A stretch of 64,000 nt of DNA from Alphaproteobacteria bacterium (GTDB lineage Bacteria > Pseudomonadota > Alphaproteobacteria > MPNO01 > UBA830): the NCBI GenBank assembly GCA_964291215.2, contig OZ219790.1, positions 1,280,001-1,344,000 on the forward strand. The letters are read 5' to 3'. Both the position numbers and the translations under genes were made by a program. The notes beneath the pieces are model-generated. The model was not told the origin of the DNA. It worked only from the letters and a program-made list of their open reading frames with translations, and did not search any database. Positions 10,718 to 24,942 of this stretch are shown piece by piece. Position 1 is the stretch's first letter. Each line of letters begins with the position of its first letter.

Positions 10718-11860
10718 GGTACCTCGCCAAAATAGATTGTTTTTTGGCGTGGATCTCTCATCGATGATGTCATGGAAGCGATGGTCGATACGCTACGATC
10801 CAAATTTGTGGTGTTGCGTCCGGTTCCGGACGAACGTGCGCGACGCCTGTGGGCGGCGGCCCGTGCCATCGGGCGAGTGGCCGAGGCGACGGGGATAGGT
10901 ACCGTTCACGCCGGAGGAGCTTGATGCGGTCTGCGAGTCTTCGGGCGAGGTTCCTTCAGGACGTTTGCGTCGCCCCGGCGGCGGGCGCAACGGATCCGGG
11001 TTTGGTGGCGGCGCGAGCTTGAACCGATGACGCGCGGCGATCCGGAGAGTCCGCTGCGGTGTCACAGTGCCGCTGGCGGACCGTCTTGCGGTCGAGGGCG
11101 TCAGCGAGCGCACGGTGAACCGGCTGCTCCACGATCCGGGGTACAGCCTCCAGGCCAATCGCAAGACGCTGGAAGGCCGCCAGCCCGGGAGGCGCAGTTC
11201 CGACGCGCCGGGTGCGCGCGTTCCGGAGACTGGGCCAGCCTGTGGTGACACCAAGAAGAAGGAAATCCAGTACCGCAATGGCGGCCGGGCCCCAAGGGCG
11301 ACCCTGAGTCCGTCAACGTGCATGACTTCCCCGATCCGGAGCTCGGATCCCCTACGGGGTCTACGATCTCACCGCCAACGCCGGCCGGGTCAGCGTCGGA
11401 CACGACACGGCGGCATTCGCGGTCGAGGCCGCTGGTGGCGGCAGATGGGCCGGCTGCTCTATGCCAAGCGCCTGCTGATCACCGCCGACGGCTCCAACAA
11501 CAGCCGCAACCGGCTGTGGAAGCTGCAGCACCTCGCCGACGAACTCGGGTTGAAGGTGTCGGTGGCCCACTTCCCACCCGGAAAGTGGAACAAGATCGAG
11601 CACCGGATGTTCTGCCATATCACCCGGAACTGGCGCGGCCGGCCCCTCGTCAGCTACCAGGTGATCGTCAAGCTGATCGCCGCGACCACCACCGGCCTCA
11701 CCATACGCTCGGACCTCGACGAGAACAGCTATCCGCTCGGGGTCAAGGTCAGCGACGATCAGATGGACGGCCTCGCCATCCGCAGAGACTCGTTCCACGG
11801 CGAGTGGAACCATACCCTCACGCCACGGAAATAATGATCAACCTATTCTGGCGAGAATCC
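10718..11860 (+). mobile_element. Decayed ISAzo13-family IS
   Basis: GYSLQANRKTLEG, DTKKKE, LLITADG, KWNKIEHRMF motifs with residues missing; TIRs GGTACCTCGCCAAAATAG / CTATTCTGGCGAGAATCC; TTA duplication. Confidence 0.88.
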
Positions 11861-12169
11861 TTATCGAGGTCGCTGCCAGCACGCGGACCGAGCAGCGCAG
11901 CCCCGAGTCCTGCGCCATTAAGTCCGAGGAGATGGCCGCCCGGCCGGCTCGCACTGCACGTTCATCCGCGGCCAGTTCCCGCCGACCCGTTATCCACTAT
12001 ATTTTGCGTGCCCGCCAGAAAAAGACACTATTTTCTCTTGCCACGATCCCTGCCCTCTGGCACTCTAAATCTGGTAGGCAATGGTCGTCCACCCTCACGA
12101 TTTGGTGGGCAAACTGTGGAAAGCCCGGAAAAAAACCGGGTTTTCGAAGCCGTCGTCAGGGGCACCAGT

Positions 12170-12673
12170 ATGACAGAACTGGTCAGGGACTTCCAAGAAA
12201 CCGGTGTCAACCCTCTTGACATTGTGGAAAGATTCGCGACGCGCCATGATTGGATCTGCGACCGCGCCGGCGAAGCCGAAGTCGTCATTGAACTCAGCGG
12301 CGAATGGTGCGGCTACCGGATCGTCGTCTCCCTGCATCCGGAAGCCGAACTCCTGCTGTTCGCGTTCGCGTTCGACACACGAGTGAAGCACCGCAAGACG
12401 GACAGGCTCTACGCGCTGCTGGCGATCATCAACGAGCGCCTCCTCGTGGGGCATTTCGATCTGTGGGCGGGGGAAGAACTGCCCGTCTTTCGCCATACCG
12501 TTCTGCTGCGGGGGCACGAGAACGTCGGAATCGAGCAATTGGAGGGCATTTTCAGCATCGCTCTTGCTGAATGCGAGCGCTACTATCCCGCTTTCCAGTT
12601 CGTCGTCTGGGCTGGCAAGTCGCCGCATGAGGCGATCGAGGCGGCGATCCTCGAGACCGTCGGTGAAGCCTGA
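12170..12673 (+). CDS. YbjN domain-containing protein
   Basis: NPLDIVE, GHFDLW, CERYYPAFQFVVWAG, ETVGEA end; upstream of proC. Confidence 0.85.
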   Translation: MTELVRDFQETGVNPLDIVERFATRHDWICDRAGEAEVVIELSGEWCGYRIVVSLHPEAELLLFAFAFDTRVKHRKTDRLYALLAIINERLLVGHFDLWAGEELPVFRHTVLLRGHENVGIEQLEGIFSIALAECERYYPAFQFVVWAGKSPHEAIEAAILETVGEA

Positions 12674-12686
12674 AGGGCCTGTTGCC

Positions 12687-13508
12687 ATGAAAAGAGACTC
12701 GCCAATCCTTCTGGTTGGTTGCGGCAAGATGGGAGGTGCGCTGTTGCGCGGCTGGCTGCGCCAGGGCCTTGACCGGACGGAGATACACGTGGTCGAACCT
12801 GCTCCGGAAGCGGCGGAAGCTGTCGGCGAAGAACTGGGGGTCGCGGTGATCGCTTCGCTGGCTCAGGCGCCCGCCGACTTCGTGGCAGATACGGTGGTCT
12901 TTGCCGTCAAGCCGCAGGTGATGGACGGGATCATTCCGCACTATCGCGCAATGGCCGAGCGGGGGGCCGTTTGCCTGTCGATCGCAGCGGGCAAGCCGAT
13001 CGCATTCTTCCGAGGACATCTTGGCAACGACGCCGCAATTGTCCGCGCCATGCCCAACACACCGGCCGCGGTGAGCCGGGGCATCACGGCGGCCTGCGCG
13101 AGCGAGACCGTGACCGCTGCGCAGCGGAGCGTCTGCCAGCACCTGCTCGAAGCCGTCGGCGAAACGGTCTGGCTTGAGGACGAAACGCTGATCGATCCGG
13201 TTACCGCGGTCTCGGGAAGCGGTCCCGCCTATGTATTCCTGCTCATCGAGGTCATGGCGCAAGCCGGAGTCGAACAGGGCCTTCCACCGGATGTCGCGGA
13301 GCGCCTGGCCCGCGCAACGGTCGCCGGGTCCGGCGAGCTGGCACGGCAGTCGCAAGACGCCGCAGACACGCTGCGACGCAACGTCACCAGCCCCGGCGGC
13401 ACCACAGCGGCCGCGCTCGAGGTTCTCATGTCCGAAGACGGGCTTGGTGCGCTGATGTCGCGCGCCGTGGAGGCCGCCACAAGGAGATCCCGGGAACTCG
13501 CAAGTTAA
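12687..13508 (+). CDS. proC: Pyrroline-5-carboxylate reductase
   Basis: GCGKMG, AVKPQ, RAMPNTP, SGSGPAY, VTSPGGTT. Confidence 0.97.
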   Translation: MKRDSPILLVGCGKMGGALLRGWLRQGLDRTEIHVVEPAPEAAEAVGEELGVAVIASLAQAPADFVADTVVFAVKPQVMDGIIPHYRAMAERGAVCLSIAAGKPIAFFRGHLGNDAAIVRAMPNTPAAVSRGITAACASETVTAAQRSVCQHLLEAVGETVWLEDETLIDPVTAVSGSGPAYVFLLIEVMAQAGVEQGLPPDVAERLARATVAGSGELARQSQDAADTLRRNVTSPGGTTAAALEVLMSEDGLGALMSRAVEAATRRSRELAS

Positions 13509-13608
13509 CCGTAATTCCCTGTACCGCTAGCGATACCCCTCGGGCGGATTTTGTCACTGATCCCGCCGTATGGTAATGTCAGCACTGTTTGCGGAAGGGA
13601 GAGGGTTG

Positions 13609-14217
13609 ATGGCCAAGGAGCCTTCCAAGCGCGCTCCGGGAGCCGACCGCATACTTGATGCGGCGCTGCAGCTTGCCGCTGAAATGCCATGGCGCACCAT
13701 TTCAATGGAAATGATTGCCGAACGCGCCGGCACCACCTTGGCGCGGGTGTATGGGTTCTATCCGTCGAAGGCGGCCGTGCTCGGGGCATTCTTCCGCCGC
13801 GTCGACGAACAGGTGCTGAAGGAGCACGATTTCAGCGACCGGGACGAGCCGCCGCGCGAGCGCCTGCTGGACGTGCTGCTCAGGCGTCTGGATGTGCTCG
13901 GGCGGCACCGCGACGCGATGCGCTCGATCTGGCGCGATACCGTCTGCGATCCGATTACCCTGCTGTATCTGGCGCCGAACATGGGCAAGGCCATGGCATG
14001 GTCGCTGGACGCGGCCGGCATCATGGCCTGGGGGCCCGGCGGACTGCTTCGTGTCAAGGGCCTGGCAGCGATCTTCGCGTCCGCACTGCCGGTATGGCTG
14101 CGCGACGAGACCCAGGATCTCGGCCCGACGACGGCGTATCTCGACCGCAACCTGCGGCGGGCGGAATCGTTCGCCAGAGTGATGTGCCCGTCGCCGAAGC
14201 GCGCCGCAGGGAGCTGA
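13609..14217 (+). CDS. TetR/AcrR family transcriptional regulator
   Basis: N-terminal HTH (ILDAALQL...IAERAG...YGFYPSK). Confidence 0.85.
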   Translation: MAKEPSKRAPGADRILDAALQLAAEMPWRTISMEMIAERAGTTLARVYGFYPSKAAVLGAFFRRVDEQVLKEHDFSDRDEPPRERLLDVLLRRLDVLGRHRDAMRSIWRDTVCDPITLLYLAPNMGKAMAWSLDAAGIMAWGPGGLLRVKGLAAIFASALPVWLRDETQDLGPTTAYLDRNLRRAESFARVMCPSPKRAAGS

Positions 14218-14316
14218 TCGACACGCCTGACCGCAGTGTCGCAGCAAGGCCGCGAACCGTCGGAGTTCGCAATCCGGCATGGTGCGTGCATCCCGCACGA
14301 AAGCAAGATGGGCCCG

Positions 14317-14652
14317 ATGACGATCGAATTTAGCGATTTCCTCAAGGTTGACATACGGGCGGGTACGGTCATCCGTGCCGAACCGTTTCCCGAAGCGCAC
14401 AGGCCGGCAATCAAGTTATGGATTGATTTTGGTCCAGAGATCGGGGAGAGGAAAAGTTCGGCACAGATCACACGTCACTACACATCCGAAACCCTGCCCG
14501 GGCGCAAGGTGGCGGCCGTTGTCAATTTCCCGCCCAAGCAGATCGGCAAGTTCATGTCCGAAGTGCTTGTGGTCGGTTTTCCCGACGAAGACGGAGAAGT
14601 TGTGCTGGTCGGCCCGGACCACGAGGTGGAGAACGGAGCGCGACTGTTCTGA
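14317..14652 (+). CDS. csaA: tRNA-binding protein / secretion chaperone CsaA
   Basis: [26 protein letters not shown]. Confidence 0.92.
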   Translation: MTIEFSDFLKVDIRAGTVIRAEPFPEAHRPAIKLWIDFGPEIGERKSSAQITRHYTSETLPGRKVAAVVNFPPKQIGKFMSEVLVVGFPDEDGEVVLVGPDHEVENGARLF

Positions 14653-14795
14653 TTCCGAGCCTGCGGCGAAACGGCACCGGGTTCCGGCTGCAGGGATGAG
14701 ACGATTTCCCACGGTGTTCGAGCTGTAGCCGGACAACGCGTGTCAGCCGGCCATCGACGCGGGCGCTTCGGTCTCGGTCCTGCAGATTCGCACTA

Positions 14796-15915
14796 CTGTT
14801 ATGTCAGCAATGATATGTCGTACATTTGGTGCTAGACTGTCCGTCCATTCGGGATGGAGGTCGGAGTATGAAACGCTACGTGGTGACCTTGGACGAACGG
14901 GCAGAACTTTCGGAGATCAAGGGCTCGCACCTGTCGCAAAAGGTAATCAACGCCCTGCTTAACTGCGACGAGGGCGCGTTCAATGAATGCCAGATGACCG
15001 GGAAGGTCATTGCTGAGATTCTGCGCATCAGCATGCGCAAGGTAGACCGGGTGAAAAAGCGTTTCGAGGGGCTGGAGGCGGCATTGGGTGGCCGGCGCCG
15101 TCCTACCTACATGCGAAAAGCCGACGGCGTCTTCGAGGCGCGCTTGGTGGCCCTGAGTTGTGGTGAACCGCCTGAGGGTTACGCGCAATGGTCGTTGCGG
15201 CTGCTGGCCGACCGCGTTGTCGAGCTTGGTTACATTGATACCGTGTCACACGAGACGGTGCGGCGTGTTCTAAAAAAACTGCCTCAAGCCATGGCAGCGG
15301 GTGGGTGATTCCTCCTCAAGGGAACGCCGACTTCGCCGCAGCGAAGGTGCTCGATGTCTATCGCCGCCCCGCCGCCTTCCCCGTGGTCTGCATGGACGAA
15401 ACGCCCCGACCGGCGAGACATGGCAACCGATCGCCATGGCGCCGGGACGGGCGTAACGACTACGAGTATCGACGTTGCGGTACCTGCAACGTCTTCACGG
15501 AACCCCTAGCCGGCAAGCGCATGACCAAGGTAACCGAGCGCAAGATCGATTGGGCGCAGTTCCTAGCCGACATCGCCGGGCGCTACCAAGATGCCACCAC
15601 CATCACCCTGGTGATGGACAATCTCAACACTCCCCGGCGCCCTCTACGAGGCCTACCCGCCGGACGAGGCCAAGGCCCTGTGGGACCGCTTCGAGTTCGT
15701 CTACACCCCCAAGCACGGCAGTTGGCTGAACGTGGTGGAACTCAACGTCATGATCCGCCTGAACCGCCGCATCGACTGCATCGAGGTGTTACGCCGGGAA
15801 GTCGCCGCCTGGCAGGCGACCGCATCCAGGCCAAGGTGGATTGGCAGTTCACCACCGACGATGCCCGCGTGAAACTCAAACGCCTTTATTCGACATTTGA
15901 CGAATGACAAGACAC
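14796..15915 (+). mobile_element. Decayed IS630-family IS
   Basis: WSLRLLAD, SHETVRRVLKK, VCMDE, LVMDNLNT, YTPKHGSWLN, KLKRLY; TA duplication; frameshifts and missing residues. Confidence 0.88.
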
Positions 15916-16070
15916 TACCCTGTCGAAGCCGCTGACCGTGAACATCCGGGCGAGCGCATGGGAAAGGCGCACCGCGCCGGTCCCTGACCGCTCCCGTTCG
16001 GCATACCGTTTCTTCATCCGACCGGCTGCGCGGTATCGGGACTGGTTCACGGGCAACGCCAGGCCGAAGG

Positions 16071-16973
16071 TCACGACACGCCGATCAGCTCTTGCAGCGC
16101 GTTCGCAAGCCAACGGAATTCTTTTGCTCTCAACGATGTTCGGCGCCATACCAATCCAATCTGTCGCGACGCGGGCGCAGCAAGTCGCGAAAGCGAGATG
16201 TCGGGTTCCGGCGCGATCCCGGCGTCGACCGCGAGCCGAGGTACCAGAGTGACGCCGATTCCTGCCGCCACCATCTGCACCAGCGTGTGCAGGCTGCTAG
16301 CCTCGAACTGGGCCCGCACCCTCCGATCACCCATCCGGCAAACATCAAGCGCATGGCCGCGCATGCAGTGGCCTTCCTCCAGCAGCAGGAGAGGTTCACC
16401 GGCGAGCGCCTCTAGCGACACCTCGCGCACGCCGGCGAGCGTGTGAGTCGAATCACAGGCAAACAGAAACTCGTCCTCAAGGATAACCTCGATGGTAAGG
16501 TCTCCGACTTCGTAGGGCAGTGCGATCAGGGCCACGTCCAGATCCCCGCCTTCCAGCCGGGTGAGTAGCGGCGCCGTCTGATCCTCTCTCAGATAAAGCG
16601 TCAGCTCCGGGAACTTCTCCCGGAGCACCGGCAGGACGCGCGGCAAATAGAACGGGCCGATCGTCGGGATCACGCCAAGACGCATCTCCCCCGTCATCGG
16701 AGAACGGTCCGCCGTGGATATTTCCATGATTTCTTCGGCGTCGCGCAACAGCACCCTTGCTCTCTCGGCAATTTGCATGCCGACACGCGTGATCAGCACG
16801 CGCCGGTTCGAGCGCTCCGCAACCGCCGTCCCAAGTACCGACTCGAGGTCGCGAATACCCGCGCTCAGTGTCGACTGGGTGACGTGACAGCGCTCGGACG
16901 CATGGCCGAAGTGCTGCGCATCGGCCAGCGCCACCAGATACTCGAGTTGCTTCATCGTGGGCAAGCGCTTCAT
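16071..16973 (-). CDS. oxyR: Hydrogen peroxide sensor OxyR (LysR family)
   Basis: LysR HTH; LLEEGHCMRGHALDVC redox cysteine pair; divergent from katG. Confidence 0.92.
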   Translation of the reverse strand: MKRLPTMKQLEYLVALADAQHFGHASERCHVTQSTLSAGIRDLESVLGTAVAERSNRRVLITRVGMQIAERARVLLRDAEEIMEISTADRSPMTGEMRLGVIPTIGPFYLPRVLPVLREKFPELTLYLREDQTAPLLTRLEGGDLDVALIALPYEVGDLTIEVILEDEFLFACDSTHTLAGVREVSLEALAGEPLLLLEEGHCMRGHALDVCRMGDRRVRAQFEASSLHTLVQMVAAGIGVTLVPRLAVDAGIAPEPDISLSRLAAPASRQIGLVWRRTSLRAKEFRWLANALQELIGVS

Positions 16974-16989
16974 CCGGCATCTCCGGGAT

Positions 16990-19425
<2,436 letters not shown>

Positions 19426-20295
19426 ACGCGGGGAACGGGGTCCATGGTAGAGGGGCCGGCGCGGACCTTTCCCCGGACGTGGAAATGAAGCTTCCCGAGA
19501 TTACCTGGGCGGACCCTTGTGGTCCGCCCTTCTCCCCCCAGCCTGGAACGGAGATTCGATGCTCGAAATTACGATGTTCCGGGTAGTCCGGGCCTGCGGA
19601 CGCGGCTGCAGAACCGTCAGGGCAAAGGCCGGAGCAGTCTGGGGACACGCATGCGGCGCATGTCGTGGCACGGCTGACCGCTTCGAAGCTCGGGGCTGAA
19701 GCCATGGAGGTTTCCGCCGGGGGAGAGGCGACGACGGGGATTTACTCCGCCGACATGTATTGCGACCCGGAAACATGCTTCGTGACGGCGGGCGTCGTTA
19801 GTACGCTGCCGGCATCAGGCAGTGTCCACATTTGCCAAAGGGGGGGTAGTCGCTGCTGCTGGTTCGAGACCCGGGGAACCCGCATGACCGGAACGTGATG
19901 CAGGTGCTCGGCTGGCGCACATCTCGCTTTCGTGCCTCACGACATCAAAGCGGGATCGCGGCCTGTCTCGACACCGGCGGACCGGTCGATGCGCTGACCG
20001 GGCCCGGCGCGAGGGCGAGAAAGAAGTACCCTGCCTGGCGGATCGGCCGATGCGCACAGGAAGTGCCCGGGAGTTGGCGCAGCGCCTGTCGCAAGGTACC
20101 CTCCCCAAGCGGGCGACACCGGAGAAAACAGCGGTGCCGCCGGGACCGCGGACCGTCAGCAAAACCGCTCGAGGAGGTATCGCCATGATGCAGGAGAAGT
20201 CGATTCGCCGAAGAGATCGCACGAGGAGCAGCTTTTTCGGAGTGGCTCGTACACCGCCCGACGCCAGCGCGGAACCTCGATCGGGAGGACGCACG

Positions 20296-21105
20296 ATGAA
20301 ACGAAAGTTCGTGGTTTCGTTTCTGGCGCTGCTGTGCGCCCTCATGACCGTTTCGATCGAGGGCCGCGCAGCGAACAGCCCGGCTTCGCCGCCGGCGACC
20401 CTTGTCGAATGGCAGTCCGGTGAGAGCCTGGAGCGCCTTTCCCGCTCATCCCACAAGGCAGATTTCTTCCCGCTCAGCAATCACTTCATCAGCCAGGACA
20501 ACACTATCTTCTGCGGCCCCGTCTCGTCGGCAATCGTCTTGAATGCGTTGCGGCTCGGCAAGAAGGAGGGGCTGCCGCGCGACCGGCATTCCATTGCGCA
20601 GCACGAATTGGCCTGGCTCCCGCCGGGCGCGGACCCGTTCTATGGAAAGTACACACCCAACAATGTCCTGAACGACCGGAGCAAGACGCGACTGGAGGTA
20701 CTGGGCAAGCCCATCCTCATCAACGGCGATGCCAAGAGTGATTTTGGTCTGCAGCTGCACCAGCTCGCACAGGTCCTGAGGAGCCACGGCCTCAAGGTCG
20801 CGGCCCGGGTCGTGGATGATGACACGGACGCCACGGCGATCAGGCGAGAGATCGCAGCCAACCTCGCCTCAAGGGACGATTTCGTGCTGGTCAACTATGC
20901 GCGCCGGGCCCTGGGACAGAAGGGTGGCGGTCATATCTCGCCACTCGGGGCGTATGACGAAGGCAGCGATTCCTTCCTGATCATGGATGTGAACCCCAAC
21001 CGGGCGCCTTGGGTTTGGGCCGGCTCCGACGACTTGATCGCGGCTATGCGTACTTTCGATACGGTTGAAAACCGCGGCTATCTTTTGGTTTCGGACGGAG
21101 AATAA
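20296..21105 (+). CDS. Bacterial phytochelatin synthase-like protein with signal peptide
   Basis: Triad QDNTIFCG (Cys), GGGHISPLGAYD (His), LIMDV (Asp), RGY end; MKRK plus hydrophobic leader. Confidence 0.88.
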   Translation: MKRKFVVSFLALLCALMTVSIEGRAANSPASPPATLVEWQSGESLERLSRSSHKADFFPLSNHFISQDNTIFCGPVSSAIVLNALRLGKKEGLPRDRHSIAQHELAWLPPGADPFYGKYTPNNVLNDRSKTRLEVLGKPILINGDAKSDFGLQLHQLAQVLRSHGLKVAARVVDDDTDATAIRREIAANLASRDDFVLVNYARRALGQKGGGHISPLGAYDEGSDSFLIMDVNPNRAPWVWAGSDDLIAAMRTFDTVENRGYLLVSDGE

Positions 21106-21393
21106 GACGAACCAACCGACGCACCGGAAATCGGCCATCAGCAATCGAAGGCTGCGATGATGCCGCAGGCAACCCGGGCATTGCGGTGATCGAGTCAGGA
21201 GACCGCTCCGGGTTCCTGTCGGGCAGCGATTGTTCGTGGATGCAGCACGGCCGTTCTCAGGGCGTCACCGGATGAGAGCTCCGCTCTCAGGCAGACTGGC
21301 GCCTGGCGAGGCTCGACCAGGTCGGCGGCCGTGACTTACGGTTCCGTGGCCGCCCCACCCTTCCGCGGCGCACAAAACTCTCCGGGGCCGCTA

Positions 21394-22722
21394 TCAGAAG
21401 GGGATGCGTACGGTGGCGCGGAGGCCGCCCATCGGCGAATCGTCCAGGGTCACGTCGCCGCCATGCCCGCGGGCGATGTCACGGGCGATCGAAAGGCCAA
21501 GACCAGCACCGCCGGTCTCCGGGTTTCTTGAGACATCGAGGCGGTAGAAAGGCTTAAAGACATCCTCGCGTCGATCCGCGGGAATGCCGTCGCCGTCATC
21601 TTCCACCACGCACTCGATCTGGGTCCTCCGGTTCCGCACCGAGATGCGGATGTTCTGCGCATGGATCAGGGCATTTTCCACCAGATTTGTCAGGCACCGC
21701 CGAAGCGCGTTCGGCCTCACCAGCATGCGAAGATCCCCGTCGAAGCTGGTCTCGATGCCGCCACAGCCGGTATCGACGCCAACCGCGATCGCCTGCACAA
21801 TCTCGCCGATGTCGGCCTCGACAACGTCTTCACCTCCCTCGCCGCGAGCGAAGGCGAGATATTCGTCGACCATGACCTCCATCTCCCGCACATCGGCCTT
21901 GAGCGCCTCGACTTCCTCGGACTCGTCGAATAGTTCGAGCTGAAGCTTCATTCTGGTCAGCGGTGTGCGCAGGTCGTGGGAAATGCCCGCCAGCATCTCC
22001 GTCCGCTGCGTGAATGCACTCTGGATTCGCTGCTGCATACGTTCGAAGGCCTGGGCCGCCAGCCGAATCTCGGTTGCACCTGACGCCCTGAAACCTGACA
22101 CCGTGCGCCCCTTGCCGAAACTGTCCACGGCAGCGGCCAGACGCTGGATTGGACGCACCTGATTGCGCATGAAGACAGCGGCAACTCCGAACAGCACGAT
22201 CGAGGTTCCGACGGTCCACATGATGAAGATGTATGTGGTCGAGCTAAACAGCCGCTTGCGCGGCACGGAGATCTCCATGACGCCGTCGGAAATCTGGACC
22301 TTCAGGCGGACGAGGCGGTCGTGGCTCCATGTGTCGATTTCGAACGGGCGCCGTACCGCCGAACGCATCGCCTCGGCAAGAATTGCGTTGAGGATGCCAC
22401 CGCCGGAGACCGAAGCCACATCGCGCAGGACCTCTCCCTCGAGAAAGATGAACGTCATTCCTAGACCATGGGCCGAATCGATCATCCGTTCCGCCCCCAG
22501 CGAATTGTCGGCAGCGTTTTTCAGGTTGATGATCAGGCTGATCTCGCTGGCCACGGCGGCGGCAAGCCGGCGAGTGATCGTTGTCCAGTGCCGGTCGTAG
22601 AAGATCCAGACCGACACCAGCTGCACCAGGAGGAGGGGCATGATGATGATCAGGACCGACCTGCCGAAGAAGGATTTCGGCAGATAGCGTTTGAACGCGC
22701 ACAGGACGCGCCTCCCGATCAT
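21394..22722 (-). CDS. EnvZ-like HAMP sensor histidine kinase
   Basis: Two TM helices, SHDLRTPL, NLVENA, DDGDGI, GAGLGL. Confidence 0.93.
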   Translation of the reverse strand: MIGRRVLCAFKRYLPKSFFGRSVLIIIMPLLLVQLVSVWIFYDRHWTTITRRLAAAVASEISLIINLKNAADNSLGAERMIDSAHGLGMTFIFLEGEVLRDVASVSGGGILNAILAEAMRSAVRRPFEIDTWSHDRLVRLKVQISDGVMEISVPRKRLFSSTTYIFIMWTVGTSIVLFGVAAVFMRNQVRPIQRLAAAVDSFGKGRTVSGFRASGATEIRLAAQAFERMQQRIQSAFTQRTEMLAGISHDLRTPLTRMKLQLELFDESEEVEALKADVREMEVMVDEYLAFARGEGGEDVVEADIGEIVQAIAVGVDTGCGGIETSFDGDLRMLVRPNALRRCLTNLVENALIHAQNIRISVRNRRTQIECVVEDDGDGIPADRREDVFKPFYRLDVSRNPETGGAGLGLSIARDIARGHGGDVTLDDSPMGGLRATVRIPF

Positions 22723-23447
22723 CTTTCGCCCGTCATACGGTCGGGACGCAGGACATAGCCACGGCCGCGAACCGTGTGCAGGTATTTCGGTCTGCGGGGA
22801 ACCGGCTCGATCTTGCGGCGCAGCCGCGTCACCTGAACGTCGACGCTCCGCTCGCTGCCCCTGATGTTGCATTCCCGCAGGAGTTCCTCACGCGATACCG
22901 TGTCTCCGGCGCGGCGGGTGAGGACCGAGAGGAGCGTCTGCTCTATTGCGGTAAGGTCGATAACCGCCCCGCCACTGGTAAGCTCCTGGCGCACGGGATC
23001 GTAGGCGCAGGAACCCAGACCGACGGCGGCCGGAGGCTCCTCTGCGACAGCGCGCCGAAGGATTGACCGGATTCGCAGCACCAATTCCATGGGCTCGAAC
23101 GGCTTGGCAAGGTAGTCGTCCGCCCCGAGTTCGAGGCCCCTGACGCGATCCTCCGCCTCCCCCATTGCAGTCAGGAGCAGCACCGGCATGCCTGAATTGC
23201 CGCGAACCCACTGCAGGAGAGACAGGCCGTCTTCCCCTTCCATCATTATATCCACCACTGCCAGGTCGAACAGAAGGCCACGCATGCGTCCGCGAGCCTC
23301 TTCAGCACTGGCTGCGGTGGTGACGCGAAACCCGTTGCGCTCAAGATTCCTCCGGATCAGGTCGCGGGTACGCGTATCGTCGTCGACGACGAGGATATGC
23401 GATTGGCTGTCCATGGCAGTACGCAGTATATCCTCTTCGCTGGCCAT
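22719..23447 (-). CDS. OmpR-family response regulator
   Basis: ILVVDDD, DIMM, GADDYLAKPF, RSVDVQVTRLRRKIE; start may be 23414. Confidence 0.92.
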   Translation of the reverse strand: MASEEDILRTAMDSQSHILVVDDDTRTRDLIRRNLERNGFRVTTAASAEEARGRMRGLLFDLAVVDIMMEGEDGLSLLQWVRGNSGMPVLLLTAMGEAEDRVRGLELGADDYLAKPFEPMELVLRIRSILRRAVAEEPPAAVGLGSCAYDPVRQELTSGGAVIDLTAIEQTLLSVLTRRAGDTVSREELLRECNIRGSERSVDVQVTRLRRKIEPVPRRPKYLHTVRGRGYVLRPDRMTGER

Positions 23448-23652
23448 GTTCAGAACTCGCTCGAACTGTGCTATCCGGTAGGATGGAGCGTGACCGACTG
23501 GACGGGTCTTGCCGCCCGCGCTATCCGGATACGCATCGGCCCGATCCGCACGGACAGGGAAACCCGTAGCCGGGGTTGTTCGTTCCTGCTGGTCCGCCGT
23601 CCGGACCGGCTTCTTCATTTCAACAGACGGCGCCGACGGCGCAAGCGAGACA

Positions 23653-24846
23653 ATGATGACAGGCATTTCCACGAAACCTGCCCGACGGCCGGATGTCGCC
23701 TGCTTCTCCTCCGGTCCCTGCACGAAACGGCCCGGCTGGTCGCCAACAATCTTCGGCAACGCCTTGGTCGGCCGCTCTCACCGCTCGTCTCCGGCGCGCG
23801 CCCGACTGGCGGCAGTGATTGACCGCTCGCGGGCACTCCTCGGCATGCCCTCCGACTACCGCCTCGGCATCGTGCCGGCGTCCGATACCGGCGCGGTGGA
23901 AATGGCGCTCTGGTCGCTTCTCGGCGCACGCGGGGTTGATCTCTTCGCTTGGGAGAGCTTCGGCGCCCAGTGGGTGGCTGACGTCGTAGATCAATTGCAA
24001 CTGGAGGACGCGCGGCGGTTCGTGGCTCCCTACGGCCAGCTACCCGATTTCGACCTCTGGGACCCAACCCGCGACATTGTCTTTACCTGGAACGGGACGA
24101 CATCCGGTGTCCGGGTACCGGACGGCAACTGGATTTCGCCGGCCCGCGAAGGGCTGACCATCTGCGATTCCACATCGGCCGTGTTTGCGATGGAGATTCC
24201 CTGGAGCAAGCTCGATGTCGTCACCTGGTCGTGGCAGAAAGTGCTCGGCGGCGAAGCCGCACATGGCATGCTCGCCCTGTCGCCACGGGCGGTGGAACGC
24301 CTCGAGAGCCATACGCCGCCATGGCCGGTTCCAAAGATATTCCGGCTGGCCACGGCCGGAAGGCTGATCGAGGGGATTTTCCGGGGCGACACCATCAACA
24401 CGCCCTCGATGATCTGCGTCGAGGACGCGCTTGACAGCCTTGCCTGGGCCGAAGGGATCGGCGGGCTTTCTGCTCTCGTCGGACGTAGCGAGAGAAATCT
24501 CGCTGCAATTGCCAAATGGGTTGGCGCCTGCGACTGGATCGACTTCCTCGCGGCCGATCCAGCTGTGCGATCATCCACTTCCGTTTGTCTGACCATGACA
24601 GATCCCTGGTTCGCATCCCTTGACGCGGGTCTGCAGGCTGCTGTGCCGCGCCGCATCGATGCGCTCCTCGAATCGGAAGGCGTGGCTTATGATATCAACG
24701 GCTATCGCGACGCGCCCCCGGGGCTGCGGATCTGGGCAGGCGCAACCGTGGAGACGTCCGATCTCGAAGCGCTTTTTCCGTGGCTGCAATGGGCGTACAC
24801 AGTCGTACAGGCGGAGTTCCGGCAAACCGCCGAGGGTGCCGCCTGA
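23653..24846 (+). CDS. serC: Phosphoserine aminotransferase (alphaproteobacterial/Methanosarcina type)
   Basis: [33 protein letters not shown]; upstream of serA. Confidence 0.93.
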   Translation: MMTGISTKPARRPDVACFSSGPCTKRPGWSPTIFGNALVGRSHRSSPARARLAAVIDRSRALLGMPSDYRLGIVPASDTGAVEMALWSLLGARGVDLFAWESFGAQWVADVVDQLQLEDARRFVAPYGQLPDFDLWDPTRDIVFTWNGTTSGVRVPDGNWISPAREGLTICDSTSAVFAMEIPWSKLDVVTWSWQKVLGGEAAHGMLALSPRAVERLESHTPPWPVPKIFRLATAGRLIEGIFRGDTINTPSMICVEDALDSLAWAEGIGGLSALVGRSERNLAAIAKWVGACDWIDFLAADPAVRSSTSVCLTMTDPWFASLDAGLQAAVPRRIDALLESEGVAYDINGYRDAPPGLRIWAGATVETSDLEALFPWLQWAYTVVQAEFRQTAEGAA

Positions 24847-24942
24847 CATTCGTCCAGTCCTGTTCCGCCGGGATGCCCTGCGTTCCGCAAGATTCGGCGC
24901 GGACGGACGGGGTGTCATCACCAATCTGGAAGGCTTCCACCG

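Noticed and set aside
11318-12169. 451-aa ORF fusing ISAzo13 to the YbjN-like gene
   Set aside because: Upstream part is off-frame IS and intergenic sequence; the domain starts at 12170
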